Positions 8,703-17,276 of a DNA stretch of 60,201 bases are shown in pieces; position 1 is the stretch's first letter, and each line of letters opens with the position of its first letter. Origin of the DNA: Stellaceae bacterium (GTDB taxonomy: Bacteria > Pseudomonadota > Alphaproteobacteria > ATCC43930 > CGMCC-115725); NCBI GenBank assembly GCA_035263705.1, contig DATFRA010000285.1, forward strand, positions 1-60,201. The letters run 5' to 3'. The translations under genes were made by a program, and so were the position numbers. The notes under the pieces are model-generated. The model was given only the letters and a program-made list of their open reading frames with translations, had not been told where the DNA came from and did no database searches.

Positions 8703-9180
8703 GAGCACCGCCCACGACTTTTCCCTTTCCACCATCGACGGCGCGCCGCTGCCGCTGGCAGCCTACCGTGGCAAGCCGGTGCTGCTGGTGAACACGGCCT
8801 CGTTCTGTGGCTACACGCCGCAATACGCCGACCTCGAGACATTGCACGAGCGCTATGCCGCGCGCGGCCTCGTGGTGCTGGGCGTGCCCTCGAACGACTT
8901 CGGCGACCAGGAACCCGGCACCGCGGCTGAGATAAAGAACTTCTGCTCGACCAACTACCACGTGACGTTCCCGCTCGCCGCCAAGGAGCATGTTCTGGGG
9001 CCGGAGGCGCATCCACTCTATCGCTGGATCGAGGCGGAGCTCGGCGAGGCCGGCCTGCCCCGCTGGAACTTCCACAAATACCTGATCGCGCCCGACGGCA
9101 GCCTCGCGGGCGCCTGGCCATCCAGCGTGAAGCCACAGGCGCCGGAGATCGTCGAGGAGATCGAGCGGCTGCTCGCGTGA
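8695..9180 (+). CDS. Glutathione peroxidase
   Basis: LLVNTASFCGYTPQY, LGVPSNDFG.QEPG and WNFHKYL motifs. The ATG overlaps the upstream stop (ATGGCTGA). Confidence 0.9.
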   Translation: MAESTAHDFSLSTIDGAPLPLAAYRGKPVLLVNTASFCGYTPQYADLETLHERYAARGLVVLGVPSNDFGDQEPGTAAEIKNFCSTNYHVTFPLAAKEHVLGPEAHPLYRWIEAELGEAGLPRWNFHKYLIAPDGSLAGAWPSSVKPQAPEIVEEIERLLA

Positions 9181-9647
9181 GCGGGCGGATCGAGCTCAGG
9201 CGCGCCGGCGCGGCCGATGCGCCGGCGGTGCGCGCGCTGACCCGGGAAGCCTACGCCCAGTGGGTCCCGCTGATCGGCCGCGAGCCCAAGCCGATGACTG
9301 CGGACTACGATGAGGCGCTGCGGCGCCACCGCGTCGACATGCTCTATCTCGACGGCGAGCTCGCGGGCCTGATCGAGACGATTCCCGAGGCCGATCATGT
9401 ATTGATCGAGAACGTGGCGGTGGCGCCCGCGTTTCAGGGACGCGGACTCGGACGGCACTTGCTGGCCCATGCCGAGGCGCTTACGGCATCGCTCGGACAC
9501 GGCGAGATCCGGCTCTACACCAACAAGCGCTTTGCCGCGAACGTGGCATTCTACCTGAAGCTCGGCTACCGGCTCGACCTGGAAGAAGCGTTCGCCGGCG
9601 GTGTCATGGTCCACATGAGCAAGCGGCTTCAGCCGCCAGCATCATGA
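9177..9647 (+). CDS. GNAT family N-acetyltransferase
   Basis: 156 aa with the acetyl-CoA-binding motif QGRGLGRHLL. The GTG start overlaps the gpx stop (GTGA). Confidence 0.8.
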   Translation: MSGRIELRRAGAADAPAVRALTREAYAQWVPLIGREPKPMTADYDEALRRHRVDMLYLDGELAGLIETIPEADHVLIENVAVAPAFQGRGLGRHLLAHAEALTASLGHGEIRLYTNKRFAANVAFYLKLGYRLDLEEAFAGGVMVHMSKRLQPPAS

Positions 9648-10349
9648 GAGCGTCGCGGCAAGCTCCGCGAAATCGGCCACGATGAGGTCCGGCTGGTGCG
9701 GCGTCTCCCCGAAGGGGCGCTTGCGCCGGTCGATGAAGGCAGTTCGCATGCCGAAGGCCTTGGCGCCGATGCAATCGAAGGCGTGATTGGCGACGAAGAG
9801 GCAACTCGAGCGCGCCTCGCCGATGACTTCCTCCGCCTTCGCATAGGTCTTCCAGTGCGGCTTGAAATAGCCGGCGTCCTCGGCGGAGATCACGTGATCG
9901 AAGCGGAAGCCGATTTGCGACCCCGCCGCCTTCAGCATGTCGCGGTCGCCGTTGGAGAGGATCGCGAGCTTGAGGCCAGCGCCACGCAGCCGCTCGAGTG
10001 CCGCCATCACGTCGGGGAACGGCTTTAGCATCTCGATCTGCGAGACGAGCCAGCGCACCTCGCCCTGCGTATAAGCGATTCGGCACCTGTCCATCACATA
10101 GGAGACAGTGCGATGCCCGACCTGCCGATAAGGCGTGTGCCCGCGGTCGCAGAGCGCGTCGATCATCGAGTTCTCGAAATGGGTCCGCCGCCACCAGGTG
10201 ACGAAGCTGCCGGGATCGCCGGCCCATCCCTTCTTCTTCAGGAACGGCGTCACCGCCTCGGTGAGGCCCTTCTGCATGTCGACGATGGTGCCGTATTGGT
10301 CGAAGACCAGCACCTTGATCTCGCGCCTGAGGATCTCCGGGCGCTCCAT
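9642..10349 (-). CDS. Haloacid dehalogenase type II (HAD superfamily)
   Basis: VLVFDQYGTIVD nucleophile motif (FDxYGT) and SNGD motif. ATG at 10349 is preceded by GGAGG. The ORF extends to 10358. Confidence 0.8.
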   Translation of the reverse strand: MERPEILRREIKVLVFDQYGTIVDMQKGLTEAVTPFLKKKGWAGDPGSFVTWWRRTHFENSMIDALCDRGHTPYRQVGHRTVSYVMDRCRIAYTQGEVRWLVSQIEMLKPFPDVMAALERLRGAGLKLAILSNGDRDMLKAAGSQIGFRFDHVISAEDAGYFKPHWKTYAKAEEVIGEARSSCLFVANHAFDCIGAKAFGMRTAFIDRRKRPFGETPHQPDLIVADFAELAATLS

Positions 10350-10406
10350 GGCGGCCACCTCCGGCTATTTCGATAGCAGCATTCGATCGCCCGCGGCCAG
10401 ACCTCT

Positions 10407-12128
10407 TCAATTAGCGGCGGAAGGCATGCGCGTGGGGGACGGCACATCCCGCGCGTTCCTGAGCGTGCGCACGGCGAGCCGCTCGATGCGGCCGCGGATC
10501 TCCATCTCGTGGCGCTCGGCGTTGCTGAGGTCGATGCCGGCGCGCACCACCACGGCCTCGGAGACCACGAGCTCGGCGCCGTAGGTCTTGGTCAAGCCCT
10601 CGAGGCGGCTTGCGGTGTTGACGCTGTCGCCGACCGCGGTCACCGAGACCGCGTGGCCGTAGCCCATTTCGCCCACGATCGCGGGCCCCGTGTGGATGCC
10701 GATACCGATGCGGAGCGGCTCCGGCAGGTCGTGGGAGAGCGTCTCGTTGAGGTGGGCTAGGCGCTCGGACATCGCGCGCGCGGCGGCGAGCGCCTCGCGG
10801 CAGCCGGCCTCGACGCCGCGATCGAGGCCGAAGAGCGCCATCACGCCGTCGCCGATGAACTTGTCGATGCGCCCGCCCGCCTCCTCGACCGCGTGGCCCA
10901 TCTCCGCGAAGTACCGGTTCAGCAGGAAGACCACGTCGTAGGGCAGCTTCTGCTCGGAGAGCTTGGTGAAGGCGCGGAGGTCCGCGAAGAGAATCGCGAT
11001 CTCGCGCTCGCTCCCGGTGAGGTAGCTCGGCCGGCGGAAGCCGTCCCGCGCCTGGGCGGTCGCCGGCAGCAGCGGCGTCACGCGCAGGTCGCCGACGGGG
11101 CGGAGCTGGCAGGCGAGGCGCACGTCGGGCGCGGCACCCACGCGCTCCAGTACCTTCAGCTCCGCGGGCTCCGGCGGCGGCAGCGCGTCGGCCTCGCCGC
11201 CGACGCGGATCCGGCAGGTCGAGCAGCGGCCGCGGCCGCCACAGACGGAGGCGTGCGGGATGCCGTTGAGTCGGCTCGCCTCCAGCACCGAGATACCCGG
11301 CACGATCTCGACCACGCGACCGCTGGGATAAGTCAAGCGCACCACGCCGCGCCAGCGCTGCCAATACCAGCGCAGGATCCGCGCGGCGAGCACGGCGATG
11401 AGCGCGCCCAGGAACCCGATGCGCACCCAGGCGATGAGCGCTTCGATAAGCGCCAGATCCTCCGGCGCGGCGTTCGGGTGCGCCTTCTGGAGCTCGGCCA
11501 CCCAGGCGGGATTTTCGGCCATGCCGAGAACCTCGCGGCCGCCCTCGGCATAGCCGAGGATCGCCAGCGTCGGCATCAGCAGCGCGAAGGCGAACAGCAG
11601 GGGCTGCCAGCGCTCGTACCAGGGCTTGAGCTTCAGCGAGAACCGGAGCCCGATCACCGCGTGCACCCAGGCGATCACCAGGACCGTCAGCTGCAGAATG
11701 CCGGCCCAGGGGTCGGCGACGTAATAGTTGTAGAGCAGTGTCGAGTAGTAGCCGAAATCGGCGCCGAAGTAGGTGTCGGCGACGCGCGTCCGGAGCACGT
11801 GCGCCGTCAGGATGAAGGGGATGCAGAAGCCCAGCACGAGCTGCAGAGCCTCGGCGAGCGGCATCCTGAGCGACCGGCGGAGCCACAGCGCCCAGAGCGC
11901 CAGGCAATAGTGGATCGCGAAGGCGCCGTAGAGCGCGAGCGTGCCCAAGTCGCTGGCCCACACCTTGTAGATGCGCTGGAGCGTGCGATCCATCAGGTCG
12001 AGCGAGACGAGACCCAGGCTGTGATTGACGAAATGCGTCGTCACGTAGGCGAACATGACGAGCCCTGAAGCCAAGCGCAGCCGCCGAATCAAACCGCTTC
12101 CCCGCCCTTGCCTCGCGCGCGTCGACAC
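10407..12128 (-). CDS. Membrane-anchored class III adenylate cyclase with a 6-TM histidine-bearing anchor and a 2Fe-2S ferredoxin domain (CyaC-like)
   Basis: N-terminal TM helices carry conserved His residues (VNHSLG, AIHYCL, TAHVL, WVHAVIG). Then CGGRGRCSTC...LACQ, a 2Fe-2S motif. Then the cyclase core FADLRAFT...KFIGDGVMALFG...TASRLE. The start is uncertain: GTG 12128 or ATG 12056. The ORF extension to 12485 overlaps the divergent ABC gene and was rejected. Confidence 0.8.
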   Translation of the reverse strand: MSTRARQGRGSGLIRRLRLASGLVMFAYVTTHFVNHSLGLVSLDLMDRTLQRIYKVWASDLGTLALYGAFAIHYCLALWALWLRRSLRMPLAEALQLVLGFCIPFILTAHVLRTRVADTYFGADFGYYSTLLYNYYVADPWAGILQLTVLVIAWVHAVIGLRFSLKLKPWYERWQPLLFAFALLMPTLAILGYAEGGREVLGMAENPAWVAELQKAHPNAAPEDLALIEALIAWVRIGFLGALIAVLAARILRWYWQRWRGVVRLTYPSGRVVEIVPGISVLEASRLNGIPHASVCGGRGRCSTCRIRVGGEADALPPPEPAELKVLERVGAAPDVRLACQLRPVGDLRVTPLLPATAQARDGFRRPSYLTGSEREIAILFADLRAFTKLSEQKLPYDVVFLLNRYFAEMGHAVEEAGGRIDKFIGDGVMALFGLDRGVEAGCREALAAARAMSERLAHLNETLSHDLPEPLRIGIGIHTGPAIVGEMGYGHAVSVTAVGDSVNTASRLEGLTKTYGAELVVSEAVVVRAGIDLSNAERHEMEIRGRIERLAVRTLRNARDVPSPTRMPSAAN

Positions 12129-12267
12129 ATTACACCGTTTTAAGTTGCAAACGAGACCGGCGCGCGACGATTCCCAGCCTGGTGTTCTTTCCGGGAGCGC
12201 CGTCGCAGAACGCGGTCGGAGGAGAAGCTTGCCCACGATAGAGACGGATGCGGCTGCGCCGGACGCG

Positions 12268-13200
12268 ATGATTTCCGTGCGCCATCTGACCAAGCATTTC
12301 GGACCCATCCTCGCCGTCGACGACGTCTCGCTGGCCGTCAGACGGGGCGAGGTGCTGGGCTTCCTCGGCCCCAATGGCGCCGGCAAGTCCACCACCATGA
12401 AGATGATCACGGGCTTCCTGGCACCGAGCGCCGGCACCGCGGTGGTCTGCGGCGCCGACGTCACCGAGGACCCGATCGCGGCCAAGCGCCAGATCGGCTA
12501 CCTGCCGGAGGGCGCACCCTCCTACCCCGACATGACGCCTCCCGCCTTCCTGCAATTCGTGGCTCATATCCGCGGCTTTCGTGGCGCCGTGGCGCGCGAG
12601 CGGATCCAGACCGCGATCGCCCGCACCGCGCTCGAGAGCGTGCTGGCGCAGCCGATCGACACGCTCTCCAAGGGCTTCAAGCGCCGCGTCGGCCTCGCGC
12701 AGGCGCTCTTGCACGACCCGCCGGTGCTGATCCTCGACGAGCCCACCGAGGGGCTCGACCCCAACCAGAAGCATGAGGTGCGCAAGCTCATCAATGTGCT
12801 GGCCCCGGAGAAGGCGATCATCATCTCGACGCACCTCCTGGAGGAGGTCGACGCCGTCTGCAGACGCGCCGTGGTGATCGCCAACGGCAGGCTGGTGGCG
12901 GACGGCACGCCCGAGGAGCTCGCCCGGCGCTCGCGCCATCACAACGCCGTCAGGATCGAGGTGACGCACGCCGCCGCAGGCGAGGTGAGCGCCGCGCTCG
13001 CGCGGCTCCCCGGAGTGGCGTCGGTCGAGCCCGCGGACGACGACGAGAGCGAGGCGCTCATGGTGTTCGCGAAGGACGGCCGCTCGATCGTCGCGGAGGT
13101 CGCCGACCTCGCGCGCGCCATGCGCTGGGAGGTGGCGGGGCTCCGGGTCGAGCGCGGCCGCCTCGACGATGTGTTCCGCACCGTCACCGCGACGGCCTGA
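12268..13200 (+). CDS. ABC transporter ATP-binding protein (GldA-like)
   Basis: Walker A GPNGAGKST, signature LSKGFKRR, Walker B LILDEP. ATG at 12268 gives the canonical N-terminus MISVRHLTK. Confidence 0.9.
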   Translation: MISVRHLTKHFGPILAVDDVSLAVRRGEVLGFLGPNGAGKSTTMKMITGFLAPSAGTAVVCGADVTEDPIAAKRQIGYLPEGAPSYPDMTPPAFLQFVAHIRGFRGAVARERIQTAIARTALESVLAQPIDTLSKGFKRRVGLAQALLHDPPVLILDEPTEGLDPNQKHEVRKLINVLAPEKAIIISTHLLEEVDAVCRRAVVIANGRLVADGTPEELARRSRHHNAVRIEVTHAAAGEVSAALARLPGVASVEPADDDESEALMVFAKDGRSIVAEVADLARAMRWEVAGLRVERGRLDDVFRTVTATA

Positions 13201-13213
13201 GCTCGGCACCGTG

Positions 13214-13948
13214 ATGGGCCACATCGCCGTCATCGTCCGCCGCGAGCTCGCGAGCTACTTTGCGACCCCGCTCGCCTACGTCTTCATCGTGATCTTCCTG
13301 GCGATGGCGGGGGCGCTGGCGTTCTTCGTGGGCAATTTCTTCGACCGCGGCCAGGCGGACCTGCAGCCCTTCTTCACCTTCCATCCCTGGCTCTACCTCG
13401 TGCTGATCCCGGCGCTCGCCATGCGGCTCTGGGCCGAGGAGCGCAAGAGCGGCACCATAGAATTGCTATTGACCCTGCCGATCTCCATGACCGAGGCGGT
13501 GATCGGAAAATTCCTGGCGAGCTGGATCTTCGCGGGGATCGCGCTGGCGCTGACGGCGCCGTTCTGGATTACCGTCGACTATCTCGGCCGTCCCGACAAC
13601 GGCGTGATCCTGGCGAGCTACATCGCGAGCTTCCTGATGGCGGGCGCCTTCCTGGCGATCGGCGCCTGCCTCTCCGCCCTCACCAAGAACCAGGTGATCG
13701 CCTTCGTGGTGACCGCCGCCGTGTGCTTCGTCTTCACGGTCAGCGGCTCGCCGATCGTGCTGGGTTTCGTCAAGGGCTGGGCGCCCCAGGCGGTGATCTC
13801 GACCGTCGCCGGCTTCAGCTTCCTGACGCACTTCAACGCCATCATCCGCGGCGTCATCGACCTGCGCGATGCCGTGTTCTTCCTCTCGACAATCGCGTTC
13901 TTCCTCTACGCCAACACGATCATCGTCGACCTCAAGAAGGCGGACTGA
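13214..13948 (+). CDS. ABC-2 family permease (GldF-like)
   Basis: About 244 aa, 6 TM, N-terminus ..IVRRELASYFATPLAYVFIV typical of the GldF/ABC-2 family. It starts 14 nt after the ATPase stop. Confidence 0.85.
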   Translation: MGHIAVIVRRELASYFATPLAYVFIVIFLAMAGALAFFVGNFFDRGQADLQPFFTFHPWLYLVLIPALAMRLWAEERKSGTIELLLTLPISMTEAVIGKFLASWIFAGIALALTAPFWITVDYLGRPDNGVILASYIASFLMAGAFLAIGACLSALTKNQVIAFVVTAAVCFVFTVSGSPIVLGFVKGWAPQAVISTVAGFSFLTHFNAIIRGVIDLRDAVFFLSTIAFFLYANTIIVDLKKAD

Positions 13949-13952
13949 GCGC

Positions 13953-15905
13953 ATGGCCCTTCCGACCTTCTCCCGCCGCACGCTCGCTCTGCTGAGCCTT
14001 GCCTCGGCCGCCGTGCTCTTCGTGTCGGTGAACGTGATTGCGGGCCAGGTGCTGCGCTCGGCGCGGATCGACCTCACGGCCGGCCGAATCTATACGCTCG
14101 CCGACGGCACCGCGCGCACCATCGCGGAAATCCAGGAGCCGGTCACACTGCGCTACTACTATTCGCACCGCCTCGGCGACGAGATCCCGTCCTACGGCAT
14201 CTATGCCCAGCGCGTGCGCGAGACGCTCGAGGAGTACGCCGCCCGCGCCAAGGGCAAGATCGATCTGCAGGTGATCGATCCCGAGCCGTTCTCGCCCGAG
14301 GAGGATCGCGCGGTGGCGCTGGGACTCCAGGGGGTGCCGCTCGAGCAAGGCGGCGAAAAGGTGTACTTCGGCCTCGCCGCCACCAACTCCACGGACGACC
14401 AGGAGCTGATCCCGTTCTTCCAGCCGGAGCGGGAGCGGTTCCTGGAGTACGACCTCACCAAGATGATCCACGCGATCGCGCGGCCCAAGCGGACCGTGAT
14501 CGGCCTCGCCTCGGACTTGCCGCTGGAAGGAGATTTTGCGGCGGCGATGCAAGGTCAGCCGCTCAGGCCCTACGCGATCGTGAACCAGCTGCGCCAGCTC
14601 TACGAGCTCCGCACGATCACCACCCAATTCGACAAGGTCGAGCCCGATGTCGACGTGCTGCTGATCGCCCATCCGCAGGGTCTATCGGAGAAGACGCTTT
14701 ACGCGATCGACCAGTTCGTTCTGGGCGGTGGCCGCGCGCTGGTGTTTGTCGACCCGCATTCCGAGACCCAGCAGATGCGGCCCAACCGCTACGCGCGGCC
14801 GGGCGGTCCGGTCGACAGCAACCTGGAGCCGCTCTTCAAGACCTGGGGCGTCGAGCTCGAGCCCAAGGTGGTGGCGGGCGACCGACAGGCGGCGCGCCGG
14901 GTCAACATCGGCACCGCCGCCTCGCCGATGCCGCTCGAGTACGTCGCCTGGCTGCAGCTCAAGGGCGATGCGCTCAACCACGACGAGCTCGTCACCGGCG
15001 ACCTCGACCAGATCAACATGGCGAGCGCGGGGATCCTGAAGCCCACGAAGGACACCAAGACCGCTTTCACCCCGCTGATGCAGACATCGACGGAGTCCGA
15101 GGAGATCCCGGTCGACAAGGTCGAGGGCATGCCCGATGTCGCCGGCCTGCTCGACGACTTCAGGCCGTCGGGCGAGCGCTACACGCTTGCCGCGCGCATC
15201 AGCGGCCCGGCGGAGACGGCATTCCCCGACGGCCCGCCCAAGCCCAAGGACGAGCAGAAGGCGAGCGACGCAACGGCGACTGACGCCACGAAGAAGGACG
15301 ATCCCGCCAAGACCGACGAACCGCCGCAGCTCAAGGAGGCAAAGCAGCCGATCAACGTGATCGTTGTCGGCGACACCGACATGCTCGACGACCGCTTCTG
15401 GGCGCAGACCTCCGAGTTTTTTGGTCGGCAGGTCATCGTGCCCACCGCGAGCAACGGCGACTTCGTGGCCAACGCGCTGGAGGTGCTGGCGGGCGGCAAC
15501 GATCTCATCAGCCTGCGGAGCCGCGGCACGGCGGCGCGGCCCTTCGTGGTGGTCGATCAGATCCAGCGCGCCGCCGAGGCTCAGAACCGCGCCAACGAGA
15601 AGGCGCTCGAGGACAAGCTCAAGGCGACCGAGGACAAGATCAAGGACATCCAGCAGAACAAGGAGGGCGCGGTCACGCTCACCGCCGAGCAGAGCCAGGC
15701 GATCGACAATTTCCGCGGCGAGATGCTGCGTACGCGCCAGCAGCTCCGCGTAGTACAGCGGGCGCTCCGGCAGGACATCGACCGCCTCAAGGCGGAGCTC
15801 GAGTTCTTCGACATCGCCTTCATCCCGATCCTCGTGGGGATCGTCGCGATCGTGCTGGGCGTCGTGCGCATCAACCGGCGCAAGCGGCCGACCGTGCACG
15901 CCTGA
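13953..15905 (+). CDS. GldG-family ABC-transporter auxiliary protein
   Basis: 650 aa with N- and C-terminal TM anchors, a large periplasmic domain beginning RIDLTAGRIYTLADGT, and a C-terminal coiled coil. It starts 5 nt after the permease stop. Confidence 0.8.
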   Translation: MALPTFSRRTLALLSLASAAVLFVSVNVIAGQVLRSARIDLTAGRIYTLADGTARTIAEIQEPVTLRYYYSHRLGDEIPSYGIYAQRVRETLEEYAARAKGKIDLQVIDPEPFSPEEDRAVALGLQGVPLEQGGEKVYFGLAATNSTDDQELIPFFQPERERFLEYDLTKMIHAIARPKRTVIGLASDLPLEGDFAAAMQGQPLRPYAIVNQLRQLYELRTITTQFDKVEPDVDVLLIAHPQGLSEKTLYAIDQFVLGGGRALVFVDPHSETQQMRPNRYARPGGPVDSNLEPLFKTWGVELEPKVVAGDRQAARRVNIGTAASPMPLEYVAWLQLKGDALNHDELVTGDLDQINMASAGILKPTKDTKTAFTPLMQTSTESEEIPVDKVEGMPDVAGLLDDFRPSGERYTLAARISGPAETAFPDGPPKPKDEQKASDATATDATKKDDPAKTDEPPQLKEAKQPINVIVVGDTDMLDDRFWAQTSEFFGRQVIVPTASNGDFVANALEVLAGGNDLISLRSRGTAARPFVVVDQIQRAAEAQNRANEKALEDKLKATEDKIKDIQQNKEGAVTLTAEQSQAIDNFRGEMLRTRQQLRVVQRALRQDIDRLKAELEFFDIAFIPILVGIVAIVLGVVRINRRKRPTVHA

Positions 15906-15922
15906 CCGGAGAGCGACAAGCC

Positions 15923-17005
15923 ATGCACAGCAAGGGCGTGATCAGTTTGATGGCGGTGGCGGCGCTCTCCGTCGTTGCCGCCGCCGCGATCTCCTTCACC
16001 GGCCGCGGAGCCACGGTGGACCCGCTGGCCGGGAAGCCGGTGCTCCCGCAGGTCGCGGCCAAGCTCGGCGACGTCGGCAAGGTGGTCGTGAGGCGGGTGG
16101 CTGGCACCACCACCTTCGCGCGGAAGGGAGACAGTTGGACGGTGCTGGAGAAGAGCGGCTATCCCGCGGACGCCGCCAAGGTGCGGAAGATGCTGCTCGG
16201 GCTCGCCGAGATCACCTATGTCGAGCCGAAGACCGCCGAGCCCAGCCGCTACAAGCGCCTCAACGTCGAGGACCCCGCGACCGAGAAGAGCCAGTCGGCG
16301 CTGGTCGATGTCTATGACGCCCAGGGCGGCGCGCTCGGCTCGGTGATCGCGGGCCGGCGGCGCATCGACGAGCTCGGCGGCGGCAACGACGGGGTTTACG
16401 TGCGGCTCCCCAATGAGACGCGCTCGTGGCTCGCACGCGGCACGCTCGACCTCGACAGCGACATCGCGCAGTGGCTCGACCGGCGCATCGTCGACATCAA
16501 GGAGACGCGGACCAAGTCGGCGGTCCTGCAGCAGCCCGACGGCGCCGCCCTCACTATCAGTCGCGACAAGCCCGAGGACAAATTCGCGGTGAAGGATCTG
16601 CCGGCCGGCCGCAAGCTCAAGAGCGACACCAGTGCGGTCGAGCCCGCGACCGTTTTGCAGGCCTTCGACCTCACGGACGTGAACCCGGCGAGCGAGGCGG
16701 CGTTCCCGAAGGACAGTCTCGACACCGCGATCTACACGACCTTCGACGGGCTCGCGGTCAAGGTCGAGCTCGCGAAAATCGGCGAGACCGACTGGATCCG
16801 CCTCTCCGCGACCGACAGCGGCGACGAGAAGGTCAAGGCGGAGGCGGACAGCCTGAACCAGCGCTGGTCGCCCTGGGTCTACGGCGTGGCGCCTTATAAG
16901 GCGACCGCCATTCGCACCAAGATGGAAGATCTGCTCGAGCCGCCGCCCGCGCCGCCGGCGGGCGCGCAGAGCACGCCAGCGGCGCCGCTCCAGAAGAAGC
17001 CGTGA
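15923..17005 (+). CDS. DUF4340-like membrane-anchored protein
   Basis: 360 aa with an N-terminal TM anchor. Its position after the gldG-like gene is the usual one for DUF4340. Assignment is from context and general pattern only. Confidence 0.6.
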   Translation: MHSKGVISLMAVAALSVVAAAAISFTGRGATVDPLAGKPVLPQVAAKLGDVGKVVVRRVAGTTTFARKGDSWTVLEKSGYPADAAKVRKMLLGLAEITYVEPKTAEPSRYKRLNVEDPATEKSQSALVDVYDAQGGALGSVIAGRRRIDELGGGNDGVYVRLPNETRSWLARGTLDLDSDIAQWLDRRIVDIKETRTKSAVLQQPDGAALTISRDKPEDKFAVKDLPAGRKLKSDTSAVEPATVLQAFDLTDVNPASEAAFPKDSLDTAIYTTFDGLAVKVELAKIGETDWIRLSATDSGDEKVKAEADSLNQRWSPWVYGVAPYKATAIRTKMEDLLEPPPAPPAGAQSTPAAPLQKKP

Positions 17006-17214
17006 GCGAGCGAGCGCCGGTTTCGCCCTGCGTCGGTGTCTGCACGCTCGACCCCGTGACGCACTTCTGCGTCGGCTGCGCGCGCTCCATCGCGGAAATC
17101 GCCGAATGGCCGCGGCTCGGCCCCGAGGAGAAGCGACGCATCATCGCCGCACTGTCCGCGCGCCGGTCTCAAGCGCGGGGCAGGCATGCCCAAAGCGGCC
17201 TCGCGCCCGGTTGA
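17002..17214 (+). CDS. DUF1289 (YdhL-like) cysteine-rich small protein
   Basis: SPCVGVCTLD....FCVGCARSIAEIAEW is the DUF1289 signature. The GTG start overlaps the upstream stop (GTGA). Confidence 0.8.
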   Translation: MSERAPVSPCVGVCTLDPVTHFCVGCARSIAEIAEWPRLGPEEKRRIIAALSARRSQARGRHAQSGLAPG

Positions 17215-17276
17215 TCCCGGCACCCCTCGCCCCATTTAGGCGAGGTAACATCGGTACGAATTCCGGAGATGCTTCC

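Noticed and set aside
12057-12485. Upstream extension of the cyclase ORF to 12485
   Set aside because: It overlaps the divergent ABC ATPase gene, which has strong Walker motifs, on the other strand. The extension has no membrane or domain features. The first TM helix begins around the GTG 12128 / ATG 12056 starts.
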